Positions 18,826 through 27,970 of a stretch of 64,000 bases of DNA are shown one piece after another (within the stretch, counting starts at the first letter, position 1; every line of letters starts with the position of its first letter). The stretch comes from an uncultured virus (IMG/VR IMGVR_UViG_3300025676_000011) (taxonomy: Duplodnaviria > Heunggongvirae > Uroviricota > Caudoviricetes). A program made the position numbers and the translations under genes. The notes below the pieces were generated by a model. The model was not told the DNA's origin. It ran no database searches and saw nothing but the letters and a program-made list of their open reading frames with translations. The DNA lies in the IMG/VR virus record IMGVR_UViG_3300025676_000011, positions 1-64,000 of that record; one strand, given 5' to 3'.

Positions 18826-20523
18826 ATGCCATCATATAATAACTTTAACGGAGCAGCAGGAGCAGATTCTAACTTCGCTGCTAGTAATTCAGCAGTTGAG
18901 AATAAAGGACTATTTAGTCGTATTCTAAGAAACCTTTCAAATTATGGTATGAACTATGATGATATGATCATCAGAAATCAAGTTGGTATCGGTATAAATG
19001 AGGATCCATATTCAGCTAGAGGTAATTCGATGTATGATTTCTTTAGTCAGAGAGCTGTGGCTTCTGTTTTGAATAGAAAGTCAATACCTTATCTAGATAA
19101 AGCATATGGTGATAAGAGAAGAATACTTAGAGAGTATTCTATTAAGGATGAAATAAGAGATTTTGTGAGTACTATATCGGATGAGTCTATTGTTTTTAAT
19201 GATGATGTTGCCTTTTGCTCACCTAAATCACTATCAAATGAATATCCACAAGAAGTAAGAGATAAGTATCAAGAATATTTCGAAAAAATATACAATAAGT
19301 ATGGATTTTCTGATGGTATTAGTGCTTGGGATATGATGAGAGATTTCCTTATTGATGGTTATATAGCTATTGAGATTATATATGATGATAAGAAAAAGAA
19401 TATTGTTGGTTTCAATAGAATGAGACCAGAAACTTTAGTACCTGCTTATGAACCAGCTATTGGACACTTATGGATACAATTTCCAGAGGATCCACAATTA
19501 AGGAGAATATTTTTAGATTCACAAATAGTTTATATATCATATTCAACACAGAATGATTATTCAGAAACTTCTTATGTTGAAGGTTTGATAAAACCATATA
19601 ATCAATTAAAAATATTAGAACAAACTAGAATAATGTTCAATGTTATAAACGCTACTCTTTATCAAAAATTTACAATTCCTATTAAAGGATTGTCTAGACA
19701 AAGAGCAGAAGAACAAATAGGTCAGTTAATACATGATTATTCAGAAGAAGTTGAGTGGGATGATAGTCTAGGAACACTTACTATCAATGGTGCTAAGCAC
19801 TTACCTTACAATAAACAAATATGGTTTCCTGAGGGAGATGCTGGTACTCCTAATATGGAGATGGTTTCACCAGAAGGTCATGATTTGAATGATGAAACTA
19901 TGTTATCTTGGTTTTATAAGTCTCTTAAAAGAGCTTCTAAGATACCTATATCTAGATTCGAAGGTGAAAATGGTGGTGGTAACCTTTTTGGTGACGCTTC
20001 TGAGATGACTAGAGATGAGATTAAATTTCACAATTTTATTAGTAGATTAAGAGCTAACTTTAAAGAACTTATTGTTAAGCCACTTAAATTACAAATGTTA
20101 ATTGAGTTTCCTGAATTAACAGAGGATGAGGTATTTACTAATAGAGTTGATATTGACTTCTATACTAATCAAATATTTGAAGATTGGAAGAAGATAAATA
20201 ACTTAGCTAAGAAATCAGAAATAGTTGGAACTTTATTAGGTGTTATGAGAACAGATGAAAAACCTTATTTTCACATTGAGTGGATAATGGATAATATATT
20301 CAAGCTTACTCCAGAGGAGAAAGCTGAGAATGACAGGTATTGGGCTCGTGATGCTGGTGAAGGTGTTGGTTCTGGTGAAGAAGGCGCTGAAGGCGGAGAT
20401 GATGGAGGCGACTTTGGTGAATCTGGTGATGTTGGTGGTGTAGATGATGCTGGTGGTGGAGATGATGGTGGAGATGCTGGTGGAGATGCTGGTGGAGATG
20501 ACGGTGGAGAATTTGAATTCTAA
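18826..20523 (+). CDS. Portal protein (T4 gp20-like)
   Basis: FLIDG, SYVEGLIKPYNQLKILE, L.RASKIPISRF and EMTRDEIKFHNFISRLR; Gly/Asp-rich tail. Confidence 0.92.
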   Translation: MPSYNNFNGAAGADSNFAASNSAVENKGLFSRILRNLSNYGMNYDDMIIRNQVGIGINEDPYSARGNSMYDFFSQRAVASVLNRKSIPYLDKAYGDKRRILREYSIKDEIRDFVSTISDESIVFNDDVAFCSPKSLSNEYPQEVRDKYQEYFEKIYNKYGFSDGISAWDMMRDFLIDGYIAIEIIYDDKKKNIVGFNRMRPETLVPAYEPAIGHLWIQFPEDPQLRRIFLDSQIVYISYSTQNDYSETSYVEGLIKPYNQLKILEQTRIMFNVINATLYQKFTIPIKGLSRQRAEEQIGQLIHDYSEEVEWDDSLGTLTINGAKHLPYNKQIWFPEGDAGTPNMEMVSPEGHDLNDETMLSWFYKSLKRASKIPISRFEGENGGGNLFGDASEMTRDEIKFHNFISRLRANFKELIVKPLKLQMLIEFPELTEDEVFTNRVDIDFYTNQIFEDWKKINNLAKKSEIVGTLLGVMRTDEKPYFHIEWIMDNIFKLTPEEKAENDRYWARDAGEGVGSGEEGAEGGDDGGDFGESGDVGGVDDAGGGDDGGDAGGDAGGDDGGEFEF

Positions 20524-20540
20524 AAGATATTTAAAAAAGG

Positions 20541-20572
20541 AAACCTCTTAAAATTAATTAAGAGGTTTTTTT
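20541..20572. terminator. Bidirectional terminator
   Basis: AAACCTCTTAA...TTAAGAGGTTTTT between convergent genes. Confidence 0.75.
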
Positions 20573-21026
20573 ATGCCGCAGTTTTTGGGTCGGGTATATC
20601 AAAGTAAAATTGTGTTACGCTATTACAACTTGGAAGTTTCATTTGTTTAACTTCTAGTAAACACCCCGATTCTAATATGTTTTTTAATTCTTTACCTTTT
20701 GGTGTATCTAGAACTTTTAATACTATTTTTAACTCATCCACTTTATTATTCGTTATGATAAAAGACATTGACCTAACAAAAAATGATATACTTTTTAATA
20801 ATATATCAGAATATTCTGGTTTTCCTAAACTACCATATACCGGACTATTTATTTTTGATATTTCGGTTACGTCAAATCCAATCCTTTTACCTTCGTTTAA
20901 TAAAACATTAAGTTTTATCTCACGTTTATATTGTATCCATTGTGGAAATTTAGTTAGTAATCGATCATAGTTATTTAACTCAACATCATTTCCTAAAACA
21001 ACATTATATTCTAGTAAATCATCCAT
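20571..21026 (-). CDS. Degenerate prohead-protease (gp21)-like protein carrying the R-x-x-K-L-N motif
   Basis: VYGSLGKPE...KVLDTPKGKELKNILESGC aligns by eye with VYGEFDHPD...KLLSTYWGKEAKALVDDGC of the protease at 23512; the catalytic His and Ser motifs are absent. Confidence 0.65.
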   Translation of the reverse strand: MDDLLEYNVVLGNDVELNNYDRLLTKFPQWIQYKREIKLNVLLNEGKRIGFDVTEISKINSPVYGSLGKPEYSDILLKSISFFVRSMSFIITNNKVDELKIVLKVLDTPKGKELKNILESGCLLEVKQMKLPSCNSVTQFYFDIPDPKTAA

Positions 21027-22930
21027 TACATTTTTATGAAATCTATTTGTTTCTTTTCTAAATCAACACCATTAACTATGATAGTTATCTCATCACCTAA
21101 TCTGATTCTATCCCCAACATCATTAAAGATTTGATAGTTTTGTGTGTCTATATTATAATTACCTTCTAAAGATTGGTATCTTATCATACCCTCACATTTA
21201 CTTTCTGTTAATTCAACATATAATCCCCAATCAGTTACACCAGAAACTATCCCAGTGAATACTTTCCCAATTTTATCTAAAAGATATTCGGCTTGTTTGT
21301 ATTTTATAGAATCTCTTTGGGCTCTGGATGCTATCAATTCTCTACTTGAACACCATTTAGCCTCATCTTCAACTTTAGTAGGGTTTCCTTGTTTCTTATT
21401 ATGTAAGAAATCAAGTAACATTCTATGTGTCATTAAATCCGGATACCTACGTATTGGACTTGTGAAGTGTGAATAGTGTGTGAATCCTAATCCATAATGT
21501 CCTATGTTTTGTATTGTGTATGTTGCTTTAGACATACATCTAGTTACAACCGTACTTAACATATTTTCTTCTGGTGTTCCTTTAACATCTTGTAATAACT
21601 TGTTTATAGATTTTTTAAGATCTTCAGATTCGCCTTCTATTTTGAATTCGTGACCAAAAGTCTTACACACATTTGATAATGCTGTTAACTTCTCCATATT
21701 AGGAGTATCATGTACTCTAAATACATTAGTTCTCGAATTACTTGATAATAGTTTAGCAACAGATTTATTAGCTAGTAACATAAATTCTTCAATTAATTTA
21801 TTAGCTTCTTTCTGTTCTTTGAAATAAACACCAATTGGTTTCTTATTATCCTCTGCTAATTCGAATCGAACTTCCACACCACCCATCTCTAATGAACCGT
21901 CTTTAATTCTTTTCTTTCTTATTTTCTTAGCTAATGTGTTTAGATGATTAATCATCAATGGATAAACACTACCATCACCTGTGTATTTTTCATCATTACC
22001 CTCGATTATCTCTTGAGCATCCTCATAAGCAAATCTCATATCAGAATGTATGACTGTTTTACCGTGCCATTCTTTAACAATTTTACCATCCGAGTCTAGT
22101 GTAAATACAACTGAAAATGCTAACCTATCTTCATTAGGTTTTAATGAACATATTCCATTACTAAGTCTTTCTGGTAACATAGATACACATCTATCAACTA
22201 GATACACAGATGTTGCTCTTTCATAAGCTTCATCATCTAATTTAGTACCAGGTTTAACATAGTGTCCAACATCAGCAATATGTACTCCTACTTCAAATCT
22301 ATTATCATTCATTACTTTAAGTGATAATGCGTCATCAAAATCACGAGCATCTACTGGGTCGATTGTTATTGTTGTTGTATCTCTCATATCTCTACGAGAT
22401 TTTATTTCCTTTTCGGTTATTACTTCTGGTGTGAGTTCTGATTCGTTTATAACATCTTGTGGAAAATCAACTGGTAATCCATATTCATACATTATCGAAT
22501 TCATCTCAGCGTTATTATCACCAACATCTCCTAATATCTTAGTTATCTTAGCTTGTGGGGATTTACTATCTACCCACTTTGTGAGTTCGACTATAACCTT
22601 TTGGTTATCTTCCGATTTTAATCCACCCTTGATATAGAAATCAACTGGTATTCTTTTATTATCTGCTATAACAAATGTTGATTTACCATTAATATGTACC
22701 TTACCAACGAATTCTTTCTTATTCCTTGATATTGTGTTAATTACTTTAGCTTCTAATTTCCTATCACCCCTAAATACTTCTACAATTACTTTATCTAAGT
22801 GTAAAGCATTTTTAGTATTCTTCTTATAAATGAAAATTGATTTATCGTTTATTGTGATTGTTGCGTGTCTGTTTGTTGAGAACTCTATTTGACCTTCGTA
22901 ACGTTCTCCTTCTTTTATATTATTATTCAT
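21026..22930 (-). CDS. rnr: Ribonuclease R (RNB family exoribonuclease)
   Basis: TIDPVDARDFDDALS, VHIADV, IEEFMLLAN, HFTSPIRRYPDL, C-terminal S1 domain. Likely start is MNNNIKE at 22930. Confidence 0.93.
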   Translation of the reverse strand: MNNNIKEGERYEGQIEFSTNRHATITINDKSIFIYKKNTKNALHLDKVIVEVFRGDRKLEAKVINTISRNKKEFVGKVHINGKSTFVIADNKRIPVDFYIKGGLKSEDNQKVIVELTKWVDSKSPQAKITKILGDVGDNNAEMNSIMYEYGLPVDFPQDVINESELTPEVITEKEIKSRRDMRDTTTITIDPVDARDFDDALSLKVMNDNRFEVGVHIADVGHYVKPGTKLDDEAYERATSVYLVDRCVSMLPERLSNGICSLKPNEDRLAFSVVFTLDSDGKIVKEWHGKTVIHSDMRFAYEDAQEIIEGNDEKYTGDGSVYPLMINHLNTLAKKIRKKRIKDGSLEMGGVEVRFELAEDNKKPIGVYFKEQKEANKLIEEFMLLANKSVAKLLSSNSRTNVFRVHDTPNMEKLTALSNVCKTFGHEFKIEGESEDLKKSINKLLQDVKGTPEENMLSTVVTRCMSKATYTIQNIGHYGLGFTHYSHFTSPIRRYPDLMTHRMLLDFLHNKKQGNPTKVEDEAKWCSSRELIASRAQRDSIKYKQAEYLLDKIGKVFTGIVSGVTDWGLYVELTESKCEGMIRYQSLEGNYNIDTQNYQIFNDVGDRIRLGDEITIIVNGVDLEKKQIDFIKM

Positions 22931-22940
22931 ATTCCTTTTA

Positions 22941-23354
22941 TTAGGAAATATCGTTTTGTTTATTATCGCGTTTGGATATGTTGTCAACACCGTACTTATC
23001 TATAAGTGTTTTTTTCATTTTTTTCAATATTTTATTGTTTTGTATTGGATAGTCAACACCGTAATTTTCTCTTAATGATTTTTTCCTTTTTGATTCTGAG
23101 CATTTTCTACAAGAGTATTCACCCCAGTTATTATCATATTTAATATAGTTCTTGAATATTACATCCTTTTCGATTCCACATTTATCACACTTACACTTTA
23201 TTTTATAGTGGGATCCTTTGGATAGTAATTCAACTGGTATTATTAATAATTCACCAATTGTAACATCACTATATCCTAGATTTTCATAGTATGAATAGTT
23301 TGCTTCGCTTATTTTAACTTTTATCTCTCTAGTTATTATCATAAAAAACCTCAA
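22941..23354 (-). CDS. Zn-ribbon plus YGV-repeat protein (homing-endonuclease-associated DNA-binding type, no nuclease domain seen)
   Basis: CDKC and CRKC pairs, then ENYGVDY and DKYGVDN repeats. Confidence 0.55.
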   Translation of the reverse strand: MRFFMIITREIKVKISEANYSYYENLGYSDVTIGELLIIPVELLSKGSHYKIKCKCDKCGIEKDVIFKNYIKYDNNWGEYSCRKCSESKRKKSLRENYGVDYPIQNNKILKKMKKTLIDKYGVDNISKRDNKQNDIS

Positions 23355-23432
23355 AATTTTAATTATTTATTAAATATGTGTTGTCCTCTTCCCGTACTCA
23401 CCAAACCTTCTTTAATAAAAGATTATAGAGCC

Positions 23433-23485
23433 TCTGTAAAGAATCCACCTTTGTTATTTTTAGAATTTACATTGTCAATATATAC
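23433..23485 (+). promoter_or_regulatory. 19-bp conserved element plus TATATAC late promoter of the protease-scaffold gene
   Basis: TCTGTAAAGAATCCACCTT at 23433-23451 and TATATAC at 23479; same element and spacing upstream of the capsid gene. Confidence 0.75.
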
Positions 23486-23511
23486 TAAGAAGCAAAAAAT
23501 AATTATTTTAC

Positions 23512-25653
23512 ATGAAACCGGTTTTAATAGTAGAAAATTCACAAAACCAACTTATTAGAGAGAGTAACTCTGCTAATAAGGGGTACACATTAGGTGGTAC
23601 ATTCACCGAATTCGGTGTCAAGAACAGAAATGAACGTATTTATTCGGCTGATAAATTTTTACCAGCATTGAATGAAATGAATGAACGTATAAGTGGCTTA
23701 GGTGCTGTTTATGGTGAATTCGATCATCCAGACGTTTTTGACACATCACTCTCAAGAGCCTCGCATATTATCACAAAGGCAAGTTATATCCAAGAGAAAA
23801 ATATCGTAGCGGGAGAGATTAAATTACTAAGTACTTACTGGGGTAAGGAAGCAAAAGCACTTGTCGATGACGGGTGTCCTGTATTCGTTTCTTCAAGAGC
23901 TGCTGGTATTACTGAATCTGATGGTTCAGTTTCCCTTAAAAAATTATTTACTTATGACATTGTTGCTGACCCAGGATTTGCGTCAGCTAAAATGGATGTT
24001 AAGGTACTTAATGAGTCATTGGGATATAATGACGAAAAATCTAACTTTAGGATATATGAAATGTCCGATGAGTCAAAAATAAATGAGTTATTCAATATGA
24101 ACAAAAATGAGTTTGTAACAAAAAAACAATTGACTGACTACTCTAACTACTTAGTTAACGAATTAGCATCAACTAAGAAGACAGTTAATACAGCCATTAC
24201 TAAAGGTAATGTAGCTCCAAAGAAATTGGAACAATTATTAGAGTATTATGAAGAGTTAAACAACTCTAATTCAAAAGTAGCTAAGTATCTTGATTATTTA
24301 TCAGAAAAGGTACAAATAGTAGTTAATGAGAATAAATCATTAAAGAAGACAACTGAGAAATTAGTTAAACATAATGATTATTTAGCAGAAAACTTAGAGA
24401 AATCTATTAATTACGCTGAGTATTTAGGTGAAAACTTAGATAAGAACATTGATTATTCTGAGTATTTAGCTGAGAATTTAGACAAGAACATATCTTATGC
24501 TGAGTATTTAGCTGAGAATGTTGATAAAAACATTTCATATTCTGAGTATTTAGCTGAGAGTTTAGATAAGAACATTGCTTATTCTGAATATATCGCTGAG
24601 AATTTAGACAAAAACATCGCTTATTCTGAGTATATCGCTGAGAATTTAGACAAAAACATTGCTTACTCTGAGTATATCGCAGAAAACGTTGATAATAATA
24701 TCGCTTATTCTGAATACTTATCTGAGCATGTTGAAGGTAACATTGCTTACTCTGAGTATATCGCAGAACATTTAGATGATAACATCGCTTATTCTGAGTA
24801 TGTAGCAGAGAATCTTGACAAATCAATTAATTATCAAGGATTGATAGTTGAGAGATTAAACGGAGATAAATTATTTGAATCTGTTGAAGGATCTGAAAGC
24901 TTCCCATCTCTAGACGATGCTGGTTTTGAAGCTTTTGATGATGAAGAAAACAAAGATGAAGAAAATTGTAATCTTGAAGTATCATTAGATAATAATGATG
25001 AAGAAAATGGTGTTGAAGAATCTGTTGAGAATACAGATGATTACGCAACAGAAGAAAACAAAGATGAAGAAAATAAAGATGAAGAAAACAAAGAAGATAA
25101 AACTGAAAGCCATGATATGGTAAACGGTGATAGTGATTCTGAATTATCTGAATCTATTGATAAACTAATTGAAGAAGCTAAAAAACGAAAAGTTTCTGAA
25201 ACAACAGATGTGAATTTCTTGAAGTTCATGTCTAAATCACAAGTTGACAGCTTTTACGCTTTGTCAAATGACGAACAAGAGTCAGTTAAAGTCCATATAA
25301 ACGAAAGAGACTACTTTACTCAAAAAGATGTTTTGTTATTGATATCTGAAGCACTATCAACTAAGAACGAATCTCTTGAAGAGAGAATAATCAGATTGAT
25401 GCCTGAAAACACAAAGCCAATCTGGGAACAATTAAACGACACTTCTAAGAAATCTATCTTGTCACAAGCTAGATTATATCCAGAAGACGTTTTAACTACT
25501 GAGGCACAAGTTGAACATTTTTGGTCAACTAGAAAGCTAAAGACAAATGAGTCTGTAACAAAGAAACTTGTATCACATGAAAGCCTTATCCAAGAAGATA
25601 AACTTTCAGATAATGATGTTCAAGCGATAATGGAAAGATTCAAAAATATTTAA
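23512..25653 (+). CDS. Prohead protease (T4 gp21-like) fused to a scaffold/core domain
   Basis: KNRNERIY, GEFDHP, VSSRAAG and YDIVADPGF motifs, then coiled coil, 14-aa repeats and an acidic linker; directly upstream of the capsid gene. Confidence 0.9.
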   Translation: MKPVLIVENSQNQLIRESNSANKGYTLGGTFTEFGVKNRNERIYSADKFLPALNEMNERISGLGAVYGEFDHPDVFDTSLSRASHIITKASYIQEKNIVAGEIKLLSTYWGKEAKALVDDGCPVFVSSRAAGITESDGSVSLKKLFTYDIVADPGFASAKMDVKVLNESLGYNDEKSNFRIYEMSDESKINELFNMNKNEFVTKKQLTDYSNYLVNELASTKKTVNTAITKGNVAPKKLEQLLEYYEELNNSNSKVAKYLDYLSEKVQIVVNENKSLKKTTEKLVKHNDYLAENLEKSINYAEYLGENLDKNIDYSEYLAENLDKNISYAEYLAENVDKNISYSEYLAESLDKNIAYSEYIAENLDKNIAYSEYIAENLDKNIAYSEYIAENVDNNIAYSEYLSEHVEGNIAYSEYIAEHLDDNIAYSEYVAENLDKSINYQGLIVERLNGDKLFESVEGSESFPSLDDAGFEAFDDEENKDEENCNLEVSLDNNDEENGVEESVENTDDYATEENKDEENKDEENKEDKTESHDMVNGDSDSELSESIDKLIEEAKKRKVSETTDVNFLKFMSKSQVDSFYALSNDEQESVKVHINERDYFTQKDVLLLISEALSTKNESLEERIIRLMPENTKPIWEQLNDTSKKSILSQARLYPEDVLTTEAQVEHFWSTRKLKTNESVTKKLVSHESLIQEDKLSDNDVQAIMERFKNI
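24391..24810 (+). repeat. Ten coding 42-bp tandem repeats (consensus NLDKNIAYSEYIAE)
   Basis: Seen in both DNA and translation, with synonymous variation between copies. Confidence 0.95.
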
Positions 25654-25655
25654 TG

Positions 25656-25708
25656 TCTGTAAAGAATCCACCTTGGTAAAAATCAAGAATTTGTGGGTTT
25701 ATATATAC
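25656..25708 (+). promoter_or_regulatory. 19-bp conserved element plus TATATAC late promoter of the major capsid gene
   Basis: TCTGTAAAGAATCCACCTT at 25656-25674 and TATATAC at 25702. Confidence 0.75.
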
Positions 25709-25738
25709 ATTAATTAAAAAAAATAAAAAAAGAAAATT

Positions 25739-27469
25739 ATGTCACACATTAGAATAGACAAACAAAAAGCTATGAAGAAATGGTCTCCAGTATTAGAGAA
25801 CATGGGAGTTGCTGGTGAAGATAGATTGGATTGGATGTCAGAATATGCTGAATTTCACTCAATCAATGAAAACGCTTACGCAAACGCTTCAAACGTATCG
25901 GGTATGGGAGCTGTAGTAGCTGCACAACCTAATTCATTAGCTGGTAACACAATTGGCAATTACGCTGACTCAACTGGTTCAGGTGATGTTGGTCAAAACC
26001 TTTTACCGGTAGCGATGAAAATAGCAGCTCAAACAATCGGTTTAGATTTAGTAGCTGTTAAACCTTCTCCAGGTCCAAAAATTGATTTATTATATATCGA
26101 CTTTAGATATGATGATGCTCATTTAGGAGATTCAGACGAAAGACCACAAGTCTTTAAGATTGCACCAAACGCTACATTTTTAACTACTGGTGCTGGTGGT
26201 ATGACAGCAGTTATCGCTGGATTAAGAGCTCAATTAGCTACGAATACAATCACTGAAACAGTTGGTGGTTTAACTGGTAGAATGTGGAATGATATCACAG
26301 ATGGTTCAGATGTAGTTGTAGAACCAACACCTTCAAAAGAAGGAAAAGTTGAATTTTTAGGATTCTCTAGAATTGATGGTTATCCAATGTTCAGAGCTTA
26401 CAGACAGATGAATACATCTCACACAGATGTTGGTTCAGCTCAAGCAAACTGGGGATTTGACCCGACTAGAAACACATTTAGTCCTACAATGTCAATGGCT
26501 TCTCAAATTACTGATTTAGGAGATGTTACTTTAACTGATGAGCCTACTATTGAATTAGTATCAGCTCTTGAAGATCACATTCCTGGTTTCTCTGCAAACT
26601 GGATGTCGGATGCTACTGGCCCTGCTGGTAACTATCCAATGGATAGAGAAATGGACGATAAAAGATACTCTGGTATCATCGGACCAAAAATTAGTTCTAA
26701 AACAGTTGCCGTAGGTACTATTGAAGTATCTTCAGCTCTTAGAAGAACTGAAATTGAAGATATCAAAGCTAACACTGGTATGGATATCGTTCAAAAAATG
26801 GAGTCAATTCTTGTTAATGAATTATCTCAAACAATCTCTAAGCAAATTGTTGCTAAGATATTTGAAATGGGTTCACTTAACAGATTATCTGCACCAGCTT
26901 ATGTTGGAACAGCACCGGCACCATTAGCGGGACAAACAATCTTTGACTTAAACACAGCTTATGCAACTGTTGCTGCTGGTAATGGAAACGTTGGTGGTGA
27001 AACTACACACGCTGTTCAAAGAAAGCTTGTAACTAAGATAGCTCACGCTTCTAACTACATCGCTACAGAGGGACGTGTTGGTCCAGCTCAATACCTTATT
27101 ACAAATGGGGGATTAGCAGCAGCACTTTCTGATATCTCTGGTTATACAATTAACCCAGTGAAATCAAAAATCAATGGTCAAGGTCAATTATACCCAGTAG
27201 GTTCAATTGGAGATATTTCAATATATGTTGATCCATATATGAGATATAACGACAATAGAATTGCTCTTGGTAGAAAGAACAATCCAGATCAACCAGGTAT
27301 TATTTTTGTACCTTACTTAATGGCTCAGTCTATATCTGTAATTTCTGAAGCGACTTTCGCTCCTAGAATGTTACTAAGATCTAGATACGCTGTAACAGAA
27401 GTTGGTTGGTTCCCACAAAAACAATTTATGACTATCGAAGTTACAGATGTGAATACACTTCTTAACTAA
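25739..27469 (+). CDS. Major capsid protein (T4 gp23-like)
   Basis: KKWSPVLE N-terminus, DLVAVKP, ILVNELSQTISKQI, IYVDPY, GIIFVPY, TFAPRMLLRSRY; follows the protease-scaffold gene. Confidence 0.92.
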   Translation: MSHIRIDKQKAMKKWSPVLENMGVAGEDRLDWMSEYAEFHSINENAYANASNVSGMGAVVAAQPNSLAGNTIGNYADSTGSGDVGQNLLPVAMKIAAQTIGLDLVAVKPSPGPKIDLLYIDFRYDDAHLGDSDERPQVFKIAPNATFLTTGAGGMTAVIAGLRAQLATNTITETVGGLTGRMWNDITDGSDVVVEPTPSKEGKVEFLGFSRIDGYPMFRAYRQMNTSHTDVGSAQANWGFDPTRNTFSPTMSMASQITDLGDVTLTDEPTIELVSALEDHIPGFSANWMSDATGPAGNYPMDREMDDKRYSGIIGPKISSKTVAVGTIEVSSALRRTEIEDIKANTGMDIVQKMESILVNELSQTISKQIVAKIFEMGSLNRLSAPAYVGTAPAPLAGQTIFDLNTAYATVAAGNGNVGGETTHAVQRKLVTKIAHASNYIATEGRVGPAQYLITNGGLAAALSDISGYTINPVKSKINGQGQLYPVGSIGDISIYVDPYMRYNDNRIALGRKNNPDQPGIIFVPYLMAQSISVISEATFAPRMLLRSRYAVTEVGWFPQKQFMTIEVTDVNTLLN

Positions 27470-27490
27470 ATAGTTAAATTGAAAATACCG

Positions 27491-27520
27491 AAAAAAGACT
27501 CCTTGTGGGTCTTTTTTCTT
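27491..27520 (+). terminator. Rho-independent terminator after the capsid gene
   Basis: AAAAAGACTC...GGGTCTTTTTT. Confidence 0.75.
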
Positions 27521-27543
27521 TTTAAATAATTTATATATACACT

Positions 27544-27933
27544 ATGATTAAAAAGTATAATTATTTCTTTGAGTCTAAGAAGACTAAGTTCCCTAATATT
27601 AAGAAAGTTGAAGTAGAAGGATTCTTTATTCATATAGGTAGAGACTCCAAATCTAACGACCACTTAACATTTAACGTTGCTGATGATAAAGACATCTGGA
27701 TGCACGCTAAGGGTGTTCCTGGGAGTCATGTTATTATAAGAGTTAGAGAAAACTTACCAACTCAAGAAATACTAAGATATGTTGCTGAATTAGCTAAAAA
27801 GAATAGTAAAGCTAGTAAAGAAGATAATGTAACTGTTGTTTATTGCCAAAGAAAATTTGTTAAGAAAGAAAGTGGTATGAATGAGGGTCAAGTAAGAGTT
27901 GATTATATCAATGCCTACGAAATCGTAGTTTGA
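27544..27933 (+). CDS. Stand-alone NFACT-R (RqcH/NEMF RNA-binding, DUF814-like) domain protein
   Basis: IGRDSKSNDHLT, DIWMHAKGVPGSHVII, AAKNSK-like segment, V.Y..RKFVKK...GQV. Confidence 0.85.
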   Translation: MIKKYNYFFESKKTKFPNIKKVEVEGFFIHIGRDSKSNDHLTFNVADDKDIWMHAKGVPGSHVIIRVRENLPTQEILRYVAELAKKNSKASKEDNVTVVYCQRKFVKKESGMNEGQVRVDYINAYEIVV

Positions 27934-27970
27934 TATTTAATATATAAGATTAATAAAATAAATTTTTATA

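Noticed and set aside
20350..20520. GC-richer GGT/GAT repeats at the portal 3' end as a foreign insert
   Set aside because: They encode an ordinary low-complexity Gly/Asp tail, common in portal proteins of large T4-like phages.
22941..23354. Active homing endonuclease or mobile element
   Set aside because: Only Zn-ribbon and YGV repeats are visible; no HNH, GIY-YIG or PD-(D/E)xK catalytic motif.
23376..23558. 60-aa ORF upstream of the protease gene
   Set aside because: It overlaps the promoter and 19-bp element, has a weak start and has no protein-like features.
24391..24810. 42-bp periodic repeats as a possible CRISPR array
   Set aside because: There are no unique spacers, the repeats are in frame with synonymous variation inside the protease-scaffold ORF, and no cas genes are present.
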